The notes below the pieces were generated by a model. The model was not told the origin of the DNA, did not search any database, and saw nothing but the letters and a program-made list of their open reading frames with translations. A stretch of DNA of 64,000 bases from Styela clava (lineage: Eukaryota), in assembly GCF_964204865.1 (NCBI RefSeq), contig NC_135264.1, positions 11,098,001-11,162,000 of the forward strand, written 5' to 3'. Every line of letters begins with the position of its first letter. Positions within the stretch are counted from its first letter, which is position 1. A program made the translations under genes and the position numbers. Shown here one piece after another: positions 39,372-50,505 of the stretch.

Positions 39372-41156
39372 GACTTTTAGAAGTGCTAGACGTGACAGAA
39401 TCGGAATAAAAGATATTGGTAAATCCCTGGTACAATGCAAATTGAAAGCTACATGGTGAATATTCCATATATTGGAACGAATCTTATATTTTGACCAACT
39501 AATTCAAACATTTAGTATTTTATAAGTATAAGTGTTGTTGTATGAGTGTCGTTTTGCTTTCACATGTGGTTTTCATATATTAATTCAATGATTTCAATGG
39601 CACGTGGTCCAACCACCTTGCTGCTTACTAACTGTGATGCTTAAGGACCAAGCAACAAACGGGAAAGTTTATAGGGCTAAATAGGTATGGATAAAATACC
39701 ATTTTAGACCCCAAAAATAAAACGAGGTAAATAACGTATTATCTAAAATATTTTATTTTATGAATCCAGATAAACAAATTGCATGATATTTTGACACTAA
39801 CATTGAATCAGTGTCACTCAGCTTTACAAACGCTGAAAATCAAGATTAAAAACCTTTTATAGTATATCAATGTAATATTCCCTGAATTGCCCTTGGTCAA
39901 AGCTCAAACACGTACTTTTATAACCCTTATTTTCCCTCCAATTGACTCCCTTCACCTAGTTGAATAATAAACAAGATCTATTTTTAGTTATCAACTCCAG
40001 ATATATTAATAATTAAAGTGAAGCGATATTCCAATTTGGATGGAAAATTTTATAGATTTTTATGGCACCATTGCAGTCATTTTCTGGATAAGATTTTTTC
40101 AAATATTTCAAAATTATCAAGTCGAATTGAACAGGTACATTGTGACTTGGATGTAAATAGCAGTAAGTGTGATTAGTTTTTGGCAACTTCTCTACCTGTT
40201 TTGTGTGTATTACGTTTTCCTATTTGTATCGTGATCATATTGTGAATATTGTAAATAAAAGAAGTTAAATTCACTGACGTGTATTCTTGACTCATTGAGA
40301 TTATTTTATAGTGAGAGGTGTTGTCATAGTTGACACATGTGAAGTGAAATAGAGTTTGGTAAAAGATTAAGTCAATTGCAAATGATGGAACAAATTGAAA
40401 CATGAAAAGTTGGAACATCAAAAGATGCAATATTGAGTATTTTTTAACAGGATTTCTTTGCAGTCGTAGTCAAAAGATTAAACAAGTGGAAAGATAAAGA
40501 GAGGGAAGGTGCGATTAAGGACAAAATATAAAAACTTCCCCTTTCATGTTGTAGGATTTGGAAATTCTGACATAATAGCTACCAGAGCATTTTGACATTG
40601 TATTTAGAAGTGTACTTGCCTAAAAATCTCTCTCTCTCTCTCTCCCACTGATTAATTCCTCGGCAGACTATGGCGAAACCAAGATAAGGATAGGATTAGC
40701 ATATTTGTCTCATGATTCCGATAACACGAAATAATCATATACATAGCAGACCGAACAACGTTCGATCCAGATCGAGAATAGCTTGTTATTTCATTGATTC
40801 AGTTGCATGAGCGTGGAAACGGAGGTAACCGACGAGTAATTAGGTGAAACTCCCTATAAAGGTAACGTCTGATAACAGTCTTGCACACAATCCTTCAAAC
40901 ATTAAACTTATGATTATTGTAATCTTAAAATTTTGCAATGTTTACTCGCCATTGTTTGAGGTGGAGAGGTAGGTGAAGCATTCCGTCATTCGCTTGTTGA
41001 AAGACACGAACCACACGTTTCATTCAAGGAAAAGTAGCAGATATGGCCTTCATCAATACAAAGTATAAGTCTTACAAAAATCTCAATACTGTTTTTTTTT
41101 GACACTCAGAAATATTCTAATAAAATACACAATATAAGAGTAGCACAAAGTTCGAT

Positions 41157-44092
41157 ATGTCAACATGGGATACAGGAGGATTCAAAATACAAGTATTGGC
41201 AATATTCTTCATCTATGGTAAGGCAGTGTAAGTTTTTATTTTTACTGGTTTTGCTGGTATTGTCACTCAATAACATTTAGTTTTGTATCGTAAAAGCAAG
41301 TTTAATAATGCCCTAGTACAAATCACAAAATTCTAAACCTAAAAGCTAATTTTCAATTTATTAAACATTTTATCGAAATAATCATACCAATACATATAAT
41401 TTACAGCTATCGACATAGTACATGCAACCTCGTGCGAAGGAATGACATCACCAAAATACTTGACTACGTCACGAGGCAACATTACATCACCGAGATACCC
41501 TTTCGAGATTCCAAGTAGTCAAAGATGCGAATGGGTTTTTCAAAACTTCGGCACAGATGATATTCTCTTAATAAAGATACATGAAATGTCTTTAGGCGAT
41601 CTATTATCAGTACTGTTTCTAAATTTTGTTACAATGCCAAATGGTGAGTGAAACAATAATCCATTTTTTCTGAGGGACACTTAATACAAAGTTGACCAAT
41701 TTTTAATGCATGATTTCAGGTTGACTTCTATAATAAGGGGGGAAATTTGTCCTAAAATATAAATACCAAGATGAAATTAATCAAATATACAAGCAAGGCT
41801 AGTATCGTCATCCCAAACATTCAGCTCTTGTTAAACACTTGGTCGACTATATTGTTAGTCGCTGGGCCCAAGTGGTGGAGCAATTCTTTAATATCACATC
41901 AGCAAAATTGCAAATATTTGAAATAAATATAAATGAAAACATATTTTTCATTCTGGATTCATATATTCAACCGACTTTATATCAATATGACTAGTTCTAT
42001 TTCGTGGTTATGTTCACACTGTCACCTTACTTTGTAACGCGATGTGTCTTTTGAAGGTTACACTTTTCTTCGGTTTGCTCGCAGGATTCGAGATAAAGGG
42101 AGAGAGGAAAAATGAATGTATAGCCTACGGAGAAAACCAAACGATATCAAGATGCTCAGAAAACGTCAAAAACGCTTTGAAATTTTGTTCATATCATAAA
42201 ATAGACAAAACTAAACTTCCTCCAAAACTACGATTCAGATCATCAAGTGTTCAACTGTCAAAGAATCGTTTTTCACTCTCGTACGAAATATTGCAATGCA
42301 GAGGTAAGAACTATTGAGACTCTAGCTTTAGCCTATTCGCCTTTAATAAGAATTGGGCACAAAGCCTAAACACAACACTTGGAGATGGTAGATGCGATAA
42401 AATAGGAAACAATTTGCTTTGAAAAAACTAAGCATCTACTTTCCTACGAGGTGGTAAACAGTGCTGACGTTGAACCCTAGCCTACGACGATAACACGGGG
42501 TTCCAACTTGGGGTCAGTATGATTGCCATAAAATGAAAAACCGTAAATTCCCCATAAAATTTTCAGACCATTTAATTGATGCTGTGACGACTGGTTCTCC
42601 ACCATTCGACTCCAAACCATACATCATAATTCCATCTGCATTAGCAATATTGATATTTATAATTGCTGGAACTATGATCGGAATGTTTATTGTAATAAAC
42701 AGGTTAGTACACTTGATTTATATACACATATTCAAATACACATACCAACATTCATATTACGCAAGATAAAGCTGAACAGTATAGTAAAGTTGATAGTTGT
42801 TAGTAGAAGTATGAAACAAAGTAAACATCTTATCACTGAACATTCAATTTTAGTTTTCTCCTACTGGTACACATGCTTGAATTTTTGCTGCGTTGTTTAT
42901 TTCACATACCTTTCAAAACAATTTCGAGTATATTTGAAATCGTGGAGATTCACATAAAACTTGTCACAAGTTGTTGGTTGGTTACTATTTCTATATGCGA
43001 CCAGGTTACATAACGTTGAATATTTCACATGTCTTGTGAAACATTTTCGAATGGATTTGAAATCGTAGAGATTCACACAAAATTGCCACATATGGTTGGT
43101 TGGTTAATAGTGCCTACATGTGACCAGATTACACAAAGTTCAATATTTTACATGTCTGGTAAAACATTTTCGAATGAATTTGAAAACTTGGAGATTCACA
43201 TAAAATTTTTCACATATGGTTGATTAGTTATTGGTGCCTATATATGACCAGGTTACATAAAGTTGAATATTTCACATGTCTGGTAAAACATTTTTGAATG
43301 AATTCGAAAACTTGGAGATTCACATAAAATTTGTCACATATGGTTGGTTGGTTACTGGTGCCTGTATATGACCATGTTACATAAAGTTGAATATTTCACA
43401 TGTCTGGTGAAACATTTTTTGAATGGATTTGAAAACTTGGAGATTCACATAAAATGTGTCACATATGATTGGTTGGATACTGGTGCCTGTATATGACCAG
43501 GTTACATAAAGTTGAATATTTTACATGTCTTGTAAAATATTTTATGAGTAAAGTTTGAAATCGTGGGAATTCTCATAAAATTTGTCACATATGATTGGTT
43601 GTTTATTGGTGCCCGTATGTGTCCAGGCCACATAGAGGTGAATATTTGGTCACAATAAATTTAAACCAAGCTAGAATTTGTAAGCTAAACGTAACCGTTT
43701 TGAACACACACACACATACAGGCTGGCATTCCAACGAAAATATAATGCCTTCAATTTCCAGGTCTAATCATCCGAGCCGTGATCGTATTCAGAGTGTCGA
43801 CAATGTATATGAGTCTCCATTATCTGAACCTATGGAACGCGCCAACACATACGATAGTATACGAGTTCCTACTGATTTAAACAGAGAAGACATGGCAAGT
43901 TATCTATCTCATCGACAATTAGTTCAATATCCACAACAACCGGAAGAAAAAAAGGAAAGAAAGAAAAAAACGGATACGCGACCTATGGCCCCAATACCGG
44001 AAGTAGATGGGTACATAGATATTCAACCACTAACCGGTAACTCTCCACAGTCAAATAATGATTATGCCACTATGAGACGAAGCGATCAATAA
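41157..44092 (+). CDS. CUB-like domain single-pass receptor 2 (~327 aa)
   Basis: Exons 41157-41217, 41407-41643 (C..RGNITSPRYP...CEWVF), 42085-42303 (LRFRSS..FSLSY), 42567-42702 (TM), 43762-44092 (tail with VYESPL, TYDSI, GYIDI, DYATM). Confidence 0.82.
42880..43660 (+). repeat. Minisatellite, ~123-bp unit x ~6, in intron 4 of CUB receptor 2
   Basis: GGAGATTCACATAAA...GGTTGGTTG...GACCAGGTTACATAAAGTTGAATATTTCACATGTCT recurs at about 42944, 43067, 43191, 43314, 43439, 43565. Confidence 0.92.
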
Positions 44093-46052
44093 AAATAAAA
44101 TTCCTACTTTGAATAAAATATTACTCAAGAGGTCAAAGGGTAATTAATATCATTTACATTCGGAACCACTTATTTTTACATTGCGCATCATTAGCTTGCT
44201 TTTTGCGAATAGATATATTTTCAGAGATTAATTTGGTTGGCAGATTGGAACGAAAACAAAATATAAGAAAGCTTCGTGTTATTTATGCTGTACTTTAAAT
44301 CAGAAAATGACAAGGACATTTATTCATAATAATAGTTTTAAATAAACTATGTTTATTTATCGAATATTATACGATACTTCTATTCATTCAAATTTTCTTG
44401 AAAACGTTTATGTTTATGACTGTTTCGAATACAGTTTTTCGTTTGAGCAAACAAATTTATTTTGAGTCATTATTTCTGCAAATTAACTCCAGCTTATGTT
44501 AAATATTCACTTATTTCTTATATATATCTGGAAAAAAATATGTATATTTCAAGTCTGTATGAAATTTTTTTCGCGTTCTCAAAGACCCACAAGTAAAAGT
44601 TGGTCTTAGACGGAAAACAGAGGTTAGTGTCTTTTACTTCAAACAATGTTTATAAGGATTTTACACGTTCACTCAGACGAGGCCTTGATAGCCAGATATT
44701 TGATCTTTGCGCTGTTCAGTGTGTTTAGCATTGCCTCCCAGTGTAACATAGCTTATACTAGCGAAGATATACGCAAATATCACGGAGTTGAGGATATTAT
44801 ACAGTTCGAAACCTAAATGTACTTATAATCATCATTTGGTAGTTGGATACAATAATGATGAAAGGAATAACAAAATGCAAACGGCAATATCTAAAAATGA
44901 TAACGTTATACACGAAAATAGCCTAAATGGATATGGAGACGGAGCTAGTTAGGCAAGTGAGTTAAATTACACAAAGAAAGGGGTATTAAACCATATTCTA
45001 ACGCATTCATTTTTCTTGAATACATATCAATTTTCCTTCTGGATGCCCGTCAGGTCAATTGTCAGAATGACTACATCATTATTCACGAAAAGCGCAAACA
45101 TATTTCCATGTAAAATTTAACTTCAAGAAGTATATGCGTCATTTCCGTTTTTTGCGCGTCATCCCAAGGGGAAACGAACGACAGTGTTTGGTATAATGGA
45201 TAGAGTACTCCAAATATATCCAATTTGACATCAGTATGTGACTGAACGCGCAATAAAACGAATATTGCTTAAAAAGATACTGCGAAAATGACGTATTGAT
45301 ATCTATAAATATAATCTATTTTTAATCGATCGGTAAATATTGATAAAAATATATATCAAAGTTGATCAAATACCTATCGAAAGTGTACTTTCGAAGAAAG
45401 GTAACGAATCATTTTGTGAACTTAGCAAATGTCGTCAGTGTTTTGCATGCAAAATTACGTCATAAAATGGCATTAAATGAATTCACAGCTCAGGAACACC
45501 TGAATAGAAACATGCGTTTCCTACCGGCATGATTTATCAGTTATAACTTATATGTTAAATGGTCAGAGTAACATGATGTGTTTAACATAGAAAGCAACGG
45601 CAAGGAACGTAATCAAAGAAGACATATTTGTTACAGACACTTTTGTAAATGTACGAAAATGTTGTTCGGCACTACTGATATGAGTTTTAGGTGGACATTG
45701 TATTGAATGCAGAAATGACTGTGAACCGGAATGCAGGACATCGGAAGTTCCTGTGGTGTTACTTTCGATCCAAAGCTATATTCACCGAAGCATCGTTTTT
45801 GGTAGTTCGTCGGGTGTTTTAAATTTGTTAGAATGCACTCTTTTCTTCAAATCTTAAATGCAGTGCACGTCTTGTGCAGTTCTCGAGATAAAGGTCCGAA
45901 AACGGTCATCCGTGTAGAGATTGTGTGTGTGTGTGTGGCGGGGTGTCTGGGGGCAGGGGTTTTATACACTTTCTATTCGTTTAGCAAAGGGTTTTATTCC
46001 ATATATACTATATCTCAATCGTTTTTTACAGTTCAGAACTATAAAAATCATA

Positions 46053-48247
46053 ATGTCAGCACAGTTGTTGCAGCGCTGTACAGCCCTGGATGTTTTGCTT
46101 GTAGCATTCTTGATGACAAATTTTGCCACGTACGGATGTAAGTACCGTTTCAAATGAAATTGCAAAACGTAACAAAAAAATTTAAATATCCTAACTGTAT
46201 ATGAGCCATACAAACGCTAACGAATTTTGATGATTTTAAAACACTGACTGCAGAATGAACTTCACAATCCCAAGTATACGCTAAACCTTAACTGCTATTG
46301 GTTTTGCACGGCTCTAAATCTTTTGGATTCTTTGTGGTCTGTTTTAGTTTTTGGACATTTATCATCCACATATTATTTTAAAACAGATTGCACTTCTCTC
46401 ACAGCGAGTCCAAATTCTAATTGTGAACCTGCTAAGGAACGAAATCTGAGGGGATTCACATCTTGGGAAGTTAAATATGACAGACAAAAAGATCCGTATC
46501 CATTACAATGCAAATGGGATATGCATCCACCTTCTAAAGAACATCTGATATTTATACACATTTTCAATCTTAAATTAACAACCGACGAAAACCAGTGCTC
46601 AGCGAATCTGCTCATAAATGGTGAGAATAGTCTTTTCTAGTATCAATAGCTGAAAATGCAAACGGTCAGCCAATAATGTGCCGTTTTTCTTGACATAGTC
46701 CACGCCATACCCAATTTTGTACGTCTTTGGTGGGGTGTGGTACCTGACTTGTGATACTAAAATGACTTAGTACGTTTTATATGAAATTGAATAAATTTGT
46801 CTATGAGCCTATGCTGTGTTTGATGCAATTAAAAAGTCACATTTATTGAATATATGCATATCTCGTTAGACAATTAAAAATATACATATATTTATTTTGT
46901 GAATATAACAATGGAAATTTGATATTTACAGGAATGAATATGTGTCAACCGCGAAAGAAAAATTGTTTAATCTTTCGCCTCAGTGACAACCAGAAATGCC
47001 AATCATTATCAGATTCAAAGGAATACAAACACTGTTCCGTTAAGGCTTGGAAGGAACCTACCTATTCTATACTATTTACGGCTAACTTATGGGCTGTAGC
47101 TGAAATAAAACAGCAGAACGTACATTTTATATACAGTTATTTGGATTGTTCAGAAAACTACGGTGGAATTTCTGGAAAAAGTATAGGTAAAGCGAAAGTT
47201 ACTTCGAAAACTAGAATTAGATTTATTATTGCGTTATATAATGCTTAAATTATATACTTTATTACGTTTTTGCAAAAAACTCAAAATATATATATATGTA
47301 TAAATTCTTCAAGGCCTTTTTTTGGGGATTGGATATTTGAGCATTTGATAAAATTGTTTTTCATTTTCAAAAACTTCACGTTTTGTTTTTGAATCTAGAA
47401 ACCGGTTTTCCAATACCGGGCAAAAACAAGACTCTTCCCACCACTTCAACAACGACAGAAATCTCATCACGAACGAATACCTCAAGGAATCGAATACTTT
47501 ATTCAACAACCATTCCATTATCTGCAGCATTATTAATTTTAGTAATTGTTCTGCTGGGGATAATGATAAAAAGGTAATTGACTTTGAATAACAAAAATAT
47601 TGTTATGATTCGTTTATGAAACATTCATACTAAGGGATAGATAATTATCGTTCGCCTTCTGAGTTAGGATATTAGTAATATATATACTTACGCCAAACAC
47701 ATGGTCTTTCTTGTTCACATATTCATTGAAATGCCAGATATCAGAATACTTTTTTATTCTAATTTGAATGCTCTTCTTATTACTGGCCGGCTGTACTGTT
47801 CACCAGTCCTACGTAGTAACTTTTGTCATTTTAGTATAAGTCAAAATTTACAAAGACTATACGTCGTGATATATCAAAATAATGCCACCTCATTTACAAA
47901 TAATTCAATTTTCATATTATCAACACAAAAAAGAAACTTAAAATTTAGACTTATCGTATTACAGAAAAATCCATAGGTCAAAGGTCGACCCGGATGCGGA
48001 AGAAAATAGCGATCAAGACAACCAGGGCGAAGATACATATACAATAGCAGATGAAGCGCCTGCGATTTATGAAACTATAGGAACCAGCAATTATGAAGTT
48101 ATTAAAAGTTTTAAATTTCGGAATAAATTTGAGGATAAAATCGAAAATTCTGAACGAGAAATAGTTGATAATATTATTTATGATGCAAGCCAATCGCCAA
48201 CCAGATTATCGGCTGTAAACGTAGCATATGATATTTCCGTTGATTGA
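46053..48247 (+). CDS. CUB-like domain single-pass receptor 3 (~339 aa)
   Basis: Exons 46053-46137 (signal peptide), 46387-46620 (YPLQCKWDM..IFIHIFNLKL..QCS), 46932-47186, 47399-47573 (S/T-rich stalk + TM), 47977-48247 (tail with TYTIADE, IYETI, SNYEVI, NIIYDA, VAYDI). Confidence 0.78.
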
Positions 48248-49742
48248 GATTGTTATATTGAATGCTTTATAATTTCATTCTATTTTACTTACAATAAAAA
48301 TATTAATACTATAATTGTAAAATATCATAATAGTTCATATAGTTATTCTTATAGGACTTCTAAATCCTATTGCACTTAGGGTTAGAAAATTAAAATACCG
48401 TTTGGTGGGAGAGCGCATGTTGTAGGAAACAGCTCTTCAAAATATACTCAAGTTCATGAGTTGAAATAGCCCAGGAATGTGTTTTCGGGGTCGAAAATTT
48501 GAAATCTTTTATAAAACCGGAGTCAGATCCGGGTTTTTGGATTGATTGGAGTCAAATGGAGATTTTCTCCGACTATGGGCGCAACAGTATATAGTTGCAA
48601 TAGATTTCACAAAAAGTTGTAATATACCGGAAGTGTGTCACCGTTGCCCATATGATAGTATTGGAGAGTTAGGTATCTTGGCTTTCATATTCATGAAATA
48701 TATTTGTTTCATATATATTCTTCCTATTAGTAACGTGGGCAAACTATTTATGATAAGGAATATTGAAAATCTGACATGCTTTGAGCTACATATCGGTGTT
48801 TATGTAAAGTAGCAGGGGATATATGCTTTCGCCGATATGACTTCCATGGGACAATAATTACTACATGCTTTGTATTGTGTGTTACAATGCACGCGTAGTC
48901 TTCTTCTAATCTATTATCTCTTTATTATCGTTGTTTCCCTAGGTCGTAGAACGCATATAGGTGCTCTATATTGCAATTTAGGAAAAAGCTACAAGAGTAT
49001 TTATTTCGTCGTAAATTAGATGTCAAGTACAGCAATGTATATTACCGGTACACATATGCTATTGCTCAATTACTTTTATTAGATGACATGGTAACAGGCT
49101 TAGAAAGTCGCCTAAAAGAGGATTAGCAGATTAGGGAATTAGTGTAAGCGCACACATCTAAGACTCGCTACTACTTATCTAATTATGTTTTTGTTAATTT
49201 TTACGTTTTTGAAATACTATTTATTTTTTGATACAATTTTGAGAAGAAAATAACTGAACTGATTATGCATTTCACCCTTCTTATTAGGCTAATTATTATT
49301 TGATTACACGTATCTTCCAATGGGGTATGCGCTGAAGTTAAACCCTCACTTTAAATAGCATTCACTAATCTGTTAGAAATTACAAATATCAATGCACCAT
49401 ATGATAAAGTATTTTCAAATCATCGCTCCATAGCTCCGGAATGAGTTTTTCATGGTTCCATTACCAAGTTTTCATAGCTTGGTTAGTGTTCGGTTCGTGC
49501 ATGAACAGCATATTTATAACATCATTTATTAAAATCATTCCGTCTTCATTAAATACCACTTAAATCTAATCAATTTTTATATTTATTTCATTAGTCATGA
49601 CATCATGGAAAGAAAAAATTCTCGGACCATATAATAATCTTTATTTATTGTTTATACATTTCTAATGTGATTAAATCTAGATTAGCAATAACCTTGTACC
49701 GTGGCCGTTCAATATGACTCTAAAATTATCGTCACATAAGTC

Positions 49743-50288
49743 TAAGGATGCCAAGTATGAGTACTTACAAGTATTCGATTCTTATCCGATTCCTAAATTT
49801 TCGATTCCGATTCTCGATTCCGAATCTCGATTCCTCGACATATTACCGAAAAAATATACCCAGCACCCAAGCAATACCATATGAAATCAAGCAAGACAGC
49901 GATGTTCGAATTCTGGACGGACAAGAAGGCCGAAACTATGTAGTATGGGTATCCAATCTGCCACAGGAGACAAAACCGCACAAAAAAAAACGAATCCCTC
50001 AGAACCCACAGAGATTTTTAAAATAAATAAACGTTAAAGCCTACTAGCGATATTTATAATATATATATTATATATAGTGAAGTTTGCGGTGTCGTAGCAA
50101 CTCAACATAGCAGTGAAGCAGTTTATACATATATATATATGTGAAGAAATTGCCACAAAACGTTACACATTGTTTGCAACCCAAGTTTCAATCTCGAGAA
50201 TCGATTCCAGTGCATCGGAATCGATTCTACTCGATTCCGCGAAGAATCGATTCTGTAATCGAATCCGGACTCGATTCCGCCATCTCTA
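49743..50288 (+). mobile_element. hAT-type MITE, copy 1, upstream of the fucosyltransferase gene
   Basis: Ends TAAGGATGCC...GCCATCTCTA; TCGATTCC subterminal repeats; near-identical inverted copy at 57207-57708 (near-identical ORF-track peptides MPSMSTYKYS...). Confidence 0.85.
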
Positions 50289-50505
50289 CACATAACCCAT
50301 CACATTTTGTGGCTTTAATTTAAGTTGATTACGAGACGGCGCGCGCCGACAAGTTCGCCCGAGGGAAAAAGTGATTTTAAAAGGCCAGTTTGGGAAACAG
50401 AACCGGATCATTACAGTAAATGGAAGGGAAAGGTAGCTAAGCCTTTAGAGTTCAGGTTGTACAGAGGTTACTGTTTACAGTCTGTTGTTCGAAGTTGGGG
50501 TCAGG

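Noticed and set aside
42880-43660. CRISPR-like array
   Set aside because: Contiguous ~123-bp units without unique spacers, intronic, eukaryotic context, no cas genes
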